Source: Xanthomonas campestris pv. campestris str. ATCC 33913 | Lineage (GTDB): Bacteria; Pseudomonadota; Gammaproteobacteria; Xanthomonadales; Xanthomonadaceae | Reading direction: 5' to 3' | Assembly: GCF_000007145.1 (NCBI RefSeq) | Contig: NC_003902.1 | Location: 1,777,436-1,809,435, forward strand | Length of the DNA: 32,000 bases | Shown here: one piece after another, positions 16,789-24,799 of the stretch | Numbering within the stretch: the first letter of the stretch is position 1 | Layout: each line of letters begins with the position of its first letter | Notes under the pieces: generated by a model | Told to the model about the DNA's origin: nothing | The model's input: the letters and a program-made list of their open reading frames with translations, nothing else | The model's database searches: none | Made by a program: the position numbers and the translations under genes

Positions 16789-16844
16789 GTGACCGGATGA
16801 TGCATGGCGCCGATAAGACGCATCATCCGGTCACGATTTTTTTT
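16789..16844 (+). terminator. Strong rho-independent terminator of the carbonic anhydrase-SulP operon
   Basis: A perfect 15-bp stem, GTGACCGGATGATGC (16789-16803) / GCATCATCCGGTCAC (16820-16834), has a 16-nt loop and is followed by GA then T8 (16837-16844). A second 9-bp hairpin, CACCCGGCG ttcg CGCCGGGTG, lies at 16758-16779. Confidence 0.85.
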
Positions 16845-16849
16845 GGGCC

Positions 16850-16885
16850 GGGATTGGGGATTTGCAGATAGGGGATTCGCAATGG
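16850..16885. repeat. GGGGATT-family intergenic repeat copy
   Basis: GGGATTGGGGATTTGCAGATAGGGGATTCGCAATGG sits immediately after the T8 tract. It shares the GGGGATTCGCAA core with the copy at 4868-4880. A degenerate complementary arm (CCGCAATCTTCC) lies at about 16930-16941, before the nth stop codon. Confidence 0.7.
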
Positions 16886-16949
16886 CGGCTTTCGACTGCC
16901 GGTTATTGCGCGCAGCCCGATCCTTGCTTCCGCAATCTTCCTTTGGCGA

Positions 16950-17633
16950 TCAGGCAGCCACCGTCTTGTCGCGGTAGCGGCATAGATCGTGGATCACGCA
17001 ATTCGGGCAATCCGGTTTGCGTGCCTTGCAGACGTAGCGCCCGTGCAGGATCAGCCAGTGGTGGGCGTCGTGCAGGAATTCGGCCGGAATGACCTTGACC
17101 AATTTGTCTTCGACCACGCGCACGTCCTTGCCGGGTGCCAGGCCGGTGCGGTTGGCGACGCGAAAGATGTGGGTGTCCACGGCCATGGTGGGTTCGCCGA
17201 ACGCGGTGTTGAGCACCACGTTGGCGGTCTTGCGGCCCACGCCAGGTAGCGCCTCGAGCGCAGCCCGATCGTGCGGCACCTCGCCGCCGTAACGCTCCAG
17301 CAGGATGCGGCAGGTGGCGATGACGTTCTTGGCCTTGGCGTTGAACAATCCAATCGTCGAGATGTAACGCTTCAGGCCTTCTTCGCCCAGGTCCAGGATG
17401 TCGCGTGGTGTATTGGCAACCGGGTACAGCTTGCGCGTGGCCTTGTTGACGCCCACGTCGGTCGCCTGTGCGGACAACAGCACCGCAATCAGCAGTTCGA
17501 ACGGCGTGGTGTATTCCAGCTCGGTGGTGGGATGCGGGTTGAGTTCGCGCAGCCGCGCAAACAGCTCCTGTATCTCCGGCTTGCGCAGGGTGCTGCCGCG
17601 ACGCGGGGGCGGTGCGGAAAGTGCGCTGCTCAT
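16950..17633 (-). CDS. nth: Endonuclease III (DNA glycosylase / AP lyase)
   Basis: A HhH-GPD fold is present (LPGVGRKTANVVL, catalytic Lys in the GRKTAN context, and Asp in VDTHIFRV). The C-terminus has a 4Fe-4S cluster loop, CKARKPDCPNCVIHDLC. Confidence 0.95.
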   Translation of the reverse strand: MSSALSAPPPRRGSTLRKPEIQELFARLRELNPHPTTELEYTTPFELLIAVLLSAQATDVGVNKATRKLYPVANTPRDILDLGEEGLKRYISTIGLFNAKAKNVIATCRILLERYGGEVPHDRAALEALPGVGRKTANVVLNTAFGEPTMAVDTHIFRVANRTGLAPGKDVRVVEDKLVKVIPAEFLHDAHHWLILHGRYVCKARKPDCPNCVIHDLCRYRDKTVAA

Positions 17634-17998
17634 GTGGACGCTCCACCGCTGGCTTTGGCTTTCGCGCGCGCCAGGATCGCGGCGGCGAGCGGGGGCAAGG
17701 CTGGCGCTGCGGGTTGCGCAGGCGTGGGCGCAGGCGCGCGGCGCGCGTCACGTTCGGCCGCGCGTCGTTGCAAGCGCGCGGTGCGTGCTTGATAGCGTTG
17801 ACGCGCGGCCCATGCGGTCTGTAGGCGTTGCTGTGCGGCAAGCAGGGTGGCGGTCACAGCGGGATCCACTGCGTCGTGCTGTTCAGGGCAGTACTCCATC
17901 AGCCCGAGCGCCAGCGCGCCATCGAGATCGTCCGCCAGCACACGTTCGAACAACTGCAAAGGCAGTGCATGCGGCGAGGAAACTGCATCGGGGTTCAT
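17630..17998 (-). CDS. Hypothetical protein (122 aa) translationally coupled to nth
   Basis: ATG 17998 lies 10 nt after the crotonase stop codon, and its TGA overlaps the nth ATG (ATGA, 17630-17633). The N-terminal half is acidic and the C-terminal half is Arg/Ala/Pro-rich. I recognise no domain. The longer version in the track (to 18286) overlaps the crotonase gene and was not used. Confidence 0.45.
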   Translation of the reverse strand: MNPDAVSSPHALPLQLFERVLADDLDGALALGLMEYCPEQHDAVDPAVTATLLAAQQRLQTAWAARQRYQARTARLQRRAAERDARRAPAPTPAQPAAPALPPLAAAILARAKAKASGGAST

Positions 17999-18008
17999 GG
18001 CGATGCGA

Positions 18009-18791
18009 TCAGCGATTGCGGAACTGCGCGGGGCGCTTGTCGAGAAACGCACGTGTGCCTTCGCGCATGTCGTCGGTCGCAAACAGCAGGGAAAATTGCG
18101 CGGTTTCCAGCTGCAGGCCTTCTTCCATGCCGCATTCGCCGCCCACCACCACCGCATCCAGGATGCCGCGCAGTGCGAGCGGTGCGGAGCCGGCCAGGCG
18201 CTCGGCCAGTGCGGTGGTTTCTGCCTGCAAGGCCTCTGGTTCGACCACGCGATTGACCAGGCCCAGTTGCAGGGCGCGCGCGGCATCGATCGGCGTGCCG
18301 AGCAGGCACAGCTCCAATGCGGCGGCGCGGCCGGTGAGGCGGAGCAGGCGCTGCGTGCCGCCGAAGCCCGGGATCAGGCCCAGATTGATTTCCGGTTGCC
18401 CGATCCGTGCAGTGGCGGCGGCAATGCGCAGGTGGCAGGCCATCGCCAGTTCCAGCCCGCCGCCCAACGCGAACCCGCTGACCATGGCGATCACCGGCTT
18501 TGGCATGCGTTCGATCCTGCGCATCAGCCGCTGCCCCAGCAGCGAAAACTCGCGGCCCTGCATTGCGGAGAGCTCGCTCATCTCGGCGATGTCCGCGCCG
18601 GCCACGAAAGCCTTGGGGCCGGCGCCGGTCAGCACGACCACGCGCACGTCTTCGGCCGCTGCCGCCTCTGCAAATGCCGCATCCAGCGCCTGCATGGTCT
18701 GCTGGTTCAAGGCGTTCAGTTTGTCCGGGCGATTGACCGTAATGGTCCGGACATTGGCGTGGTCTGCGATCAGAATGACGTGATTGGACAT
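18009..18791 (-). CDS. Enoyl-CoA hydratase/isomerase (crotonase) family protein
   Basis: The 260-aa ORF has crotonase signatures (VVVLTGAGPKAFVAGADI, GFALGGGLELAMACHLRIAA, GQPEINLGLIPGFGGTQRL). AGGAAG lies upstream of the ATG. Confidence 0.9.
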   Translation of the reverse strand: MSNHVILIADHANVRTITVNRPDKLNALNQQTMQALDAAFAEAAAAEDVRVVVLTGAGPKAFVAGADIAEMSELSAMQGREFSLLGQRLMRRIERMPKPVIAMVSGFALGGGLELAMACHLRIAAATARIGQPEINLGLIPGFGGTQRLLRLTGRAAALELCLLGTPIDAARALQLGLVNRVVEPEALQAETTALAERLAGSAPLALRGILDAVVVGGECGMEEGLQLETAQFSLLFATDDMREGTRAFLDKRPAQFRNR

Positions 18792-18952
18792 CGAACTTCC
18801 TGGCTAACGTAAAAAAAAAGTAAATGCGGAACTTCTGAAACCCTTGCTGGTCATAGGTTTCGTGATAAGTAGCGGTTCGCTATCGCGGCCGCTATCCTAG
18901 CGCGTCATCTCAGGCGGCAGACCCGTCCTGTGCCACCACCCTGGAGAATTGT

Positions 18953-19654
18953 TTGATGAAGTTGCGTTCGATCGCGGTCGCTGTGGCGGCCCTGGCCCTG
19001 ACGGGCAATGCGCTGGCCCAGGACACAACGTCCGAGAAGGGCAAGCTGAGCTACTACTTTGGTTATGACTACGGCAACAACCTTGCCGAGCTCACCGGAC
19101 GTGGTGAACAGCTGGATATCAACTCGGTGGTGAAGGGTCTGCAGGACGCCTATGCCAAGAAGCAGCCGGCCATCACTGCCGACCAGCTGAAGCCGGCCGT
19201 GGAAGCGTTCCAGAAGCGTGAGCAGGGCCGTGCCCAGCAGGCTAAGGCCGAGTACGACAAGGCCGCTGCCGCCAACAAGACCAAGAGCGATGCGTTCCTG
19301 GCCAAGAACAAGAGCACCGCTGGCGTGCAGACGCTGCCGAGCGGCGTGCAGTACCGCGTGATCGAAGCCGGCAAGGGCGCCAAGCCGACCCAGGCCAGCA
19401 CCGTGCAACTTGAAGTCGCCGGTCCGTTCCCCTTCGGCGACCGCGAGAAGGCACGTCCTGCGCAGCAGATCCCGGCCATCAAGGTCAGCGAAGTCGAGAT
19501 GCAGGCCATGCGCGATACGCTGCTGCAGATGCCGGCCGGCTCCAAGTGGGAAGTGACCCTGCCGCCGGAAAAGGCCTATGGTGCCGACCCGCGTACCCCG
19601 TTCCCGCCGAACGTGGCTGTGCAGTTCGAGATCAAGCTGGTCAGCGTCAAGTAA
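18953..19654 (+). CDS. Mip/FkpA-like protein: signal peptide, FKBP N-terminal dimerisation domain and a divergent FKBP-type C-terminal domain
   Basis: The signal peptide is MKLRSIAVAVAALALTGNALA|QD (TTG 18953 or ATG 18956, with GGAGA upstream). The FKBP_N-like helix region reads LSYYFGYDYG...INSVVKGLQDA, followed by a long Ala/Lys helix. The C-terminal part aligns to FKBP (LPSGVQYRVIEAGKG..., MPAGSKWEVTLPPEKAYG, FEIKLVSVK) but lacks several pocket residues. Confidence 0.8.
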   Translation: MMKLRSIAVAVAALALTGNALAQDTTSEKGKLSYYFGYDYGNNLAELTGRGEQLDINSVVKGLQDAYAKKQPAITADQLKPAVEAFQKREQGRAQQAKAEYDKAAAANKTKSDAFLAKNKSTAGVQTLPSGVQYRVIEAGKGAKPTQASTVQLEVAGPFPFGDREKARPAQQIPAIKVSEVEMQAMRDTLLQMPAGSKWEVTLPPEKAYGADPRTPFPPNVAVQFEIKLVSVK

Positions 19655-19673
19655 TTGCGTTTGCTGTTGCTGT

Positions 19674-19707
19674 GACAACGCCGGCCACCAGGCCGGCGTT
19701 GTCGTTT
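19674..19707 (+). terminator. Intrinsic terminator after the Mip-like gene
   Basis: A perfect 13-bp stem, GACAACGCCGGCC (19674-19686) / GGCCGGCGTTGTC (19691-19703), has the loop ACCA and is followed by GTTTC. The U-tract is short. Confidence 0.55.
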
Positions 19708-19744
19708 CAGGTATCGGAAGGACATCAGGCGCGGAGGCCGCACG

Positions 19745-20542
19745 ATGCAGGGCGAGGATTCGAACAGCGGTGGCCTGGCCAGCCCGTGTATCGGTGTATG
19801 TTCGCTGGACGCGCAGGGGAGCTGTGTCGGTTGCCTGCGGAGCCTGGATGAAATTGCACGCTGGATGAGCATGAGTGACGGTGAACGCCTGGAGTATCTG
19901 CAAACGGTGCTGCCCGCGCGCGCGTTGGCGGCGCAGCTGCCCGAGTGCGCGGCCTTGCAGCGTGCGCTGTATCCGCTGCACACCGCGCCGGACGGGCCCG
20001 GCTGGAACCATGCCGAGTTGATCGATCTCACCGAAGGCGGCGCCTCGGCCGAAGCGGCGGTGTTGTGCGGACTGGTGCCGCGCACGCAGGGCACGATGGT
20101 GTTGCTGACGCGGCGCACCGACAGCCTGCGCCACCACGCCGGGCAGGTGAGTTTCCCCGGTGGCCGGATCGAGCCGTCCGATGCCGATGCGGCGGCGGCG
20201 GCGTTGCGCGAAAGCTGCGAGGAAATCGCCCTGGGCGCGCAGCAGGTGCACGCACTGGGCTATCTGGACCCGTTTCTGACCGTGAGCGGATTCCGTGTGA
20301 CTCCGGTGGTAGCGGTGATCGACCCGGCCTTTGTGGCCGTACCGCAGCCGGACGAGGTGGCCGACGTCTTCGAGGTGCCACTGGCCTATCTGATGGACCC
20401 GGACAACTTGCGCAGCGTGGAGCTGGAGTACCGCGGCCGGCCACGTCGCGTGCTCGAATACGACTGGCCCGGTCACCGGATCTGGGGTGCCACCGCGGCC
20501 ATTCTTCTCAATCTTCGCCGTCGTCTGGAGCAGAGTGCATGA
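19745..20542 (+). CDS. DUF1289 (Cys-rich, putative Fe-S) domain fused to a NudL-type CoA pyrophosphatase (NUDIX)
   Basis: GGAGG (19733-19737) lies 7 nt upstream of the ATG. Residues about 13-60, SPCIGVCSLDAQGSCVGCLRSLDEIARWMSMSDGERLEYL, match the DUF1289 pattern. The remainder matches NudL (VLLTRRTDSLRHHAGQVSFPGG, LRESCEEIAL Nudix box, GFRVTPVVAVI, IWGATAAIL). Confidence 0.8.
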   Translation: MQGEDSNSGGLASPCIGVCSLDAQGSCVGCLRSLDEIARWMSMSDGERLEYLQTVLPARALAAQLPECAALQRALYPLHTAPDGPGWNHAELIDLTEGGASAEAAVLCGLVPRTQGTMVLLTRRTDSLRHHAGQVSFPGGRIEPSDADAAAAALRESCEEIALGAQQVHALGYLDPFLTVSGFRVTPVVAVIDPAFVAVPQPDEVADVFEVPLAYLMDPDNLRSVELEYRGRPRRVLEYDWPGHRIWGATAAILLNLRRRLEQSA

Positions 20543-21426
20543 GTGCCGAACCCGACTGGACCACGCTGGTGGACAGCGCCACCCTGGCAGCAGCGCTGCA
20601 GCACCCGCAGTTGCGTCTGCTGGATGCGCGGGCGGCACCGCCAACCGCGCCGGACCCGGGCGCCGCACAGCGCGACTACGCACAAGGACATCTGCCGGGT
20701 GCGCATTTCGCCAATCTGCACGACGCGCTGGCGGATGTGTCGCGCCCTGGGCAAGGGCGTCATCCGCTGCCGCACAGTGATGTCTTCGCGGCCCAGCTCG
20801 GCCGCTGGGGGATCACGCCCGACAGCCAGGTGGTGGTCTATGACGCGGCCGACGGCAGCATGGCGGCCGCACGTGCATGGTGGATGCTGCGGCTGATGGG
20901 CCATCGCCGCGTGGCGGTACTGGATGGCGGCCTGGCCGCCTGGCGTGCGGCCGGGTTGCCCGAGACCACGGCAGTGCCTTCGCCGGCCGACAGCGGCGCG
21001 TACCCGGGCAGTTTCGATGCGGATGCGGTGGTGGACGCCGAGGCGATCCTGGCGCGCCTGGACGCGGCGCCGGGCTGGCTGCTCGACGCACGTGCCGGTG
21101 AGCGCTTTCGTGGCGAGGTGGAGCCCATCGACCCGGTGGCCGGGCACGTGCCGGGCGCGGTGAGTCGCCCGCTCGGCATGAGCCTGCGCGATGGGCGGTT
21201 CAAGCCGGCGGCGGAGTTGCGCGCCGAGCTGGGCGCGCTGCTGTGCGACTACGCGCCGGAGCAGGCCGTGGTGATGTGTGGCTCGGGTGTGACCGCCTGC
21301 CATCTGCTGCTCGCGCTGGAGGTGGCAGGGCTCTCCGGTGCGCGCGTGTATGCCGGATCGTGGAGCGGCTGGTTGCAGGATCGCAGCCGCCCGGTCGCGG
21401 TCGCTAGCCAATTGCAGGCACAATAG
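20539..21426 (+). CDS. sseA: 3-mercaptopyruvate / thiosulfate sulfurtransferase (tandem rhodanese domains)
   Basis: The ATG at 20539 overlaps the upstream TGA (ATGA). There are two rhodanese domains, and the active-site loop CGSGVTACH is typical of mercaptopyruvate sulfurtransferases. The longer ORF from 19945 in the track is an in-frame read-through of the upstream gene region. Confidence 0.87.
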   Translation: MSAEPDWTTLVDSATLAAALQHPQLRLLDARAAPPTAPDPGAAQRDYAQGHLPGAHFANLHDALADVSRPGQGRHPLPHSDVFAAQLGRWGITPDSQVVVYDAADGSMAAARAWWMLRLMGHRRVAVLDGGLAAWRAAGLPETTAVPSPADSGAYPGSFDADAVVDAEAILARLDAAPGWLLDARAGERFRGEVEPIDPVAGHVPGAVSRPLGMSLRDGRFKPAAELRAELGALLCDYAPEQAVVMCGSGVTACHLLLALEVAGLSGARVYAGSWSGWLQDRSRPVAVASQLQAQ

Positions 21427-21499
21427 CCGCAGGAAAGGTGGCCTGTGGGGACGCAGGCTCGCTGCGCGGAGCGCAGTTCTCGCAGTGTTGGGTGTGCTG

Positions 21500-22450
21500 A
21501 TGCGGTGGCAGTTGCAGCGTGGCGCGATAGGCGTCGTGGGAATCGTGCTGGTGGTTGCATGTTCGGCCGGGTCGACCTCGCAGGGCAGTGGTGCAGCGGC
21601 TGAGCCGTCGAGCGCGCGTGCCGATCGTGACGGCTACGCTGCAGCGCTTGCGCACGCACGTGCGGCGCGCCGTGCCCAATTGCATGCTCCGGATGGCTGG
21701 TTGAGCTACACCGGCTCCGGCCGCGTGCGCCCGGGCCGCTATCGGGTGGGGGCCGACCCGCATGCCGATATCGTGCTGCCGGCGGGGCCTGCGCAGCTGG
21801 GCAACCTGACGCTGGATCCCGAAGGCCAGCTGCGTTTCCAGGCCGCGGCCGGCACCGGAGTGACGCTGCACGGCAAGCCCGTGACAGAGGTGGTGCTGGC
21901 GCCCGAGCGGGCAGGGCAGCCGGGCGACCGTCTGCGCATCGATGCGCGCGAGTTCTATGTGGTGCAGACCGGCGCCTTGTACGGGTGGCGGTTTCGCGAC
22001 CCGGCAGCGCTGGCACAGTTCGGGGAGCTGGACTATTTCCCTACCGATGCGCACTGGCGTATCGACGCGCAGTGGCAGCCGTATGACGCGCCACGTGCCA
22101 CCACGTTGTTGACCTCGATCGGCACACCGTTGACGGTGCAGGTGCCGGGCGAAGCGGTGTTCACCCGCAACGGCCAGCGTTATCGCCTGCGTCCGATCGC
22201 GCAGGACGGGGATGCGCGGCTGTTCTTCGTGTTCGCCGACCGTACCAGCGGCAAGGAAAGCTACGGCGGCGCGCGCTATCTCTACACAGACGCGCCGCGC
22301 GACGGCCGCGTTGTGCTGGATTTCAATCTGGCCGAGAACCCGCCCTGCGCGCTGACGCCGCATGTGGTGTGCCCGATTGCGCCGCCGGACAATCGCCTGG
22401 ACCTGGCGGTCAATGCTGGCGAGAAGACCTATCGCCCATCCGGTCGCTGA
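21500..22450 (+). CDS. DUF1684 domain-containing protein, probable lipoprotein
   Basis: The start at ATG 21500 gives MRWQLQRGAIGVVGIVLVVAC (lipobox VVAC). C-terminal DUF1684 motifs are present (DYFPTDAHWRIDAQW, LFFVFADRTSGKESYGGARYLY, LDFNLAENPPCALTPHVVCPIAPPDNRL, NAGEKTY). Confidence 0.85.
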   Translation: MRWQLQRGAIGVVGIVLVVACSAGSTSQGSGAAAEPSSARADRDGYAAALAHARAARRAQLHAPDGWLSYTGSGRVRPGRYRVGADPHADIVLPAGPAQLGNLTLDPEGQLRFQAAAGTGVTLHGKPVTEVVLAPERAGQPGDRLRIDAREFYVVQTGALYGWRFRDPAALAQFGELDYFPTDAHWRIDAQWQPYDAPRATTLLTSIGTPLTVQVPGEAVFTRNGQRYRLRPIAQDGDARLFFVFADRTSGKESYGGARYLYTDAPRDGRVVLDFNLAENPPCALTPHVVCPIAPPDNRLDLAVNAGEKTYRPSGR

Positions 22451-22459
22451 GCGCGGCGC

Positions 22460-23035
22460 TCAGCGCGGCGCGTGCACCCAGCGCACGGCAGTTTCGATGC
22501 GCTCCCACGGAAACAACGGCCCGGGGTCGCGCTTGCGCTGGATCTTGCGCGAGGGGTCGTCGCTGGCCGCTTCCTGGGTGGTGTCCAATGCCTCGTGACC
22601 GGCCATCCGCCGTACTGACGGTAGCTGTTGCTCCAGCCACTGCAGCAAGGTCACCAGCGCGTTGATCTGCGCGTCGGGGTAGGGTTCGCGCATCTGCTGA
22701 TGGCGCGAATCCAGCCAATGCGGATAACGCCCGCTGTTGACCAGTTCGATGCCCAGCGTGTGCGGATTGTGGCCGCGCACGTGGTGGGCGACGCGCTCCA
22801 GCGCCACGTACTGCTGGATGCTGCCATTGCGGTCGATGTAGTAGTGGCCGCTGTTGCCGGTGCCGCTGTCGTAGAGCACGCGTTCGCCGTATTCGCGCGC
22901 CATCGCCATGTCCGGCAACTCGGTGCAATGGATGACCACCATGTCGATGTTGCGCAGCGTGCGCCGGGCCAGCCGCGATTCGTAGGACAACGGCGCGTAG
23001 GTGATCGGGGGCGACGGCAGGACGGCATCGGACAT
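22460..23035 (-). CDS. N-acetylmuramoyl-L-alanine amidase (amidase_2 / AmpD-PGRP fold)
   Basis: The start at ATG 23035 gives MSDAVLPSPP.... Amidase_2 motifs are present: VVIHCTE (zinc His), GHYYIDRNGSIQQYV, HVRGHNPHTLGIELVN and GHEALD. The stop codon is 9 nt from the convergent DUF1684 stop codon. Confidence 0.85.
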   Translation of the reverse strand: MSDAVLPSPPITYAPLSYESRLARRTLRNIDMVVIHCTELPDMAMAREYGERVLYDSGTGNSGHYYIDRNGSIQQYVALERVAHHVRGHNPHTLGIELVNSGRYPHWLDSRHQQMREPYPDAQINALVTLLQWLEQQLPSVRRMAGHEALDTTQEAASDDPSRKIQRKRDPGPLFPWERIETAVRWVHAPR

Positions 23036-23058
23036 GGTGCGGATGCTAGCATTCGACG

Positions 23059-23550
23059 ATGGCTTTGAATCCCGACAGCCCGCTGGGCAAATTGATGGCG
23101 ACGCTGCCGCAGACCGGGCAGGTGACCTGGATCGGCGTGCGTCCTGCGCGTGATGTGGCAATGCTGGAAGTGGATGCGGCGCAGGCCACCACCGGTATTG
23201 GCTTGGTGGGCGATCGCTACAAGGGCGGCAGCGGCAAGCGCGGTATCACCCTGCTCCAGGCCGAGCACCTGCCGGTGATCGCCGCATTGGCCGGCCAGGC
23301 GGCACTGGCGCCGGCAACCTTGCGCCGCAACCTGGTGGTAGTCGGCATTCCGTTGATTGCACTGAAAGGACGGCGGTTCCGCATCGGGGAGGTGGAGCTG
23401 GAAGGCACCGATCCGTGCGACCCGTGTTCGCGCATGGAAGAGGCGCTGGGGCCAGGCGGCTATAACGCGATGCGCGGCCACGGCGGGCTGTGCGCACGCA
23501 TCCTGCGCGGCGGTGTGCTGCGCATCGGCGATACGGTGCAGGCGCTATGA
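23059..23550 (+). CDS. MOSC domain-containing protein
   Basis: The 163-aa ORF has MOSC beta-barrel motifs (GLVGDRY, ITLLQAEHL, RRNLVVVG, RFRIGEVELEGTDPCDPCSRME with the conserved Cys, GGLCARILRGGVLRIGD). The start could instead be ATG 23095, because only 23 bp separate 23059 from the divergent amidase start. Confidence 0.85.
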   Translation: MALNPDSPLGKLMATLPQTGQVTWIGVRPARDVAMLEVDAAQATTGIGLVGDRYKGGSGKRGITLLQAEHLPVIAALAGQAALAPATLRRNLVVVGIPLIALKGRRFRIGEVELEGTDPCDPCSRMEEALGPGGYNAMRGHGGLCARILRGGVLRIGDTVQAL

Positions 23551-24074
23551 GTCGCGGCCATTGCATCCTGGCGCATGGATTCGAAAGCGGGCCCGATGCG
23601 CTCAAGGTCACCGCGCTGGCAGAAGTGGCCGAGCGCCTGGGATGGACGCATGAGCGGCCCGATTTCACCGACCTGGACGCACGCCGCGACCTGGGTCAGC
23701 TGGGCGATGTGCGCGGCCGGTTGCAGCGTTTGCTGGAGATTGCACGTGCCGCCACCGAGAAAGGCCCGGTGGTGCTGGCGGGCTCCAGTCTGGGCTCCTA
23801 CATCGCCGCGCAGGTCTCGCTGCAGGTGCCGACACGCGCGCTGTTCCTGATGGTGCCGCCGACCAAGATGGGGCCGCTGCCGGCGCTGGATGCCGCTGCG
23901 GTGCCGATCTCCATCGTGCATGCCTGGCACGATGAACTGATTCCGGCCGCCGACGTCATTGCCTGGGCGCAGGCCCGTTCGGCGCGGCTGCTGTTGGTCG
24001 ATGACGGGCATCGCCTGGGTGCGCATGTGCAGGCCGCTTCGCGCGCCTTCGCCGAACTGCTGCAGAGCCTGTGA
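23547..24074 (+). CDS. Alpha/beta hydrolase (YqiA/UPF0227-like small esterase)
   Basis: ATG 23547 overlaps the MOSC TGA (ATGA). A nucleophile elbow GSSLG is present, and the late Asp/His (HAWHDELIP, DDGHRL) fits a Ser-Asp-His triad. Confidence 0.78.
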   Translation: MSRGHCILAHGFESGPDALKVTALAEVAERLGWTHERPDFTDLDARRDLGQLGDVRGRLQRLLEIARAATEKGPVVLAGSSLGSYIAAQVSLQVPTRALFLMVPPTKMGPLPALDAAAVPISIVHAWHDELIPAADVIAWAQARSARLLLVDDGHRLGAHVQAASRAFAELLQSL

Positions 24075-24625
24075 TGCACGACGACCACGATATGCCTTCG
24101 GCGCAGACCGATGCGCCGATGAGTGTGCTGATCCGCGAGGCGAGCGACGGCGACGCCGCTGCCATCGAGGTGCTGACGATGGTGGCCTTCATGCGCGCCG
24201 AGCATAGCCGGCATGACGAGCAGCATGTGATTGCCGCGCTGCGTAACGACGATGCGCTGGCGCTGTCGTTGGTCGCCGATCACGACGGCTATGTGGTCGG
24301 CCATCTGGCGGTGTCGCCGGTGGCTTTGTCCGACGGTTCTTCCGGCTGGTTCGCACTCGGACCGCTGGCAGTGGGCCCAGGCCATCAACGTCAGGGGCTC
24401 GGCACGCGCTTGGTGCAGGCGGCCCTGGCCACCTTGCGCGAGCGCGGTGCGGCCGGGTGCGTGGCCCACGGCGAACCCGGCTTTTTCCGGCGGTTGGGAT
24501 TTGCGGTGGAGCCGGGGTTGAGCGTGCCCGACGTGCCCGCATCGGAATTGCAGGCGCTGGCCTTCGGCGACCGGCTGCTGCCGCTGGCCGATGTGGCCTA
24601 TCACCCGGCCTTCGGACTGGGCTGA
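24074..24625 (+). CDS. GNAT family N-acetyltransferase
   Basis: An acetyl-CoA binding motif is present (QRQGLGTRLVQAAL, i.e. Q/RxxGxG/A), and the overall pattern is GNAT-like. The start is ambiguous: GTG 24071, ATG 24074 (both overlapping the upstream stop codon) or ATG 24119 (MSVLIREASDGD). Confidence 0.85.
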   Translation: MHDDHDMPSAQTDAPMSVLIREASDGDAAAIEVLTMVAFMRAEHSRHDEQHVIAALRNDDALALSLVADHDGYVVGHLAVSPVALSDGSSGWFALGPLAVGPGHQRQGLGTRLVQAALATLRERGAAGCVAHGEPGFFRRLGFAVEPGLSVPDVPASELQALAFGDRLLPLADVAYHPAFGLG

Positions 24626-24799
24626 GCTTTTCGCGTTCGCTGCGCTGTGGTCGCTGCGCACAGGTAACGGCGCAGCCGCGCCGCGCTCGCATCGTGCGCA
24701 TTCGCTCGCCGGCATCTTGCCTCGCCCTTTGGGCCGCATCGCAGCTCCGCACGCGCCACCATGGCGGCAGAAAGCGATTGGCGCTTGCCGAGGTGAACG

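Noticed and set aside
17398-18812. Plus-strand ORFs of 461 aa and 321 aa
   Set aside because: They are antisense to nth, the small coupled ORF and the crotonase gene. They are Arg/Ser/Ala-rich low-complexity translations.
19945-20538. Upstream extension of the sulfurtransferase ORF (the track start at 19945)
   Set aside because: It lies in an alternative frame inside the DUF1289-NudL gene. The rhodanese homology begins at ATG 20539, which forms an ATGA overlap with the upstream stop codon.
18905-20683. 592-aa minus-strand ORF
   Set aside because: It spans three well-supported plus-strand genes and an intergenic terminator. It has no motifs and the composition of a shadow ORF.
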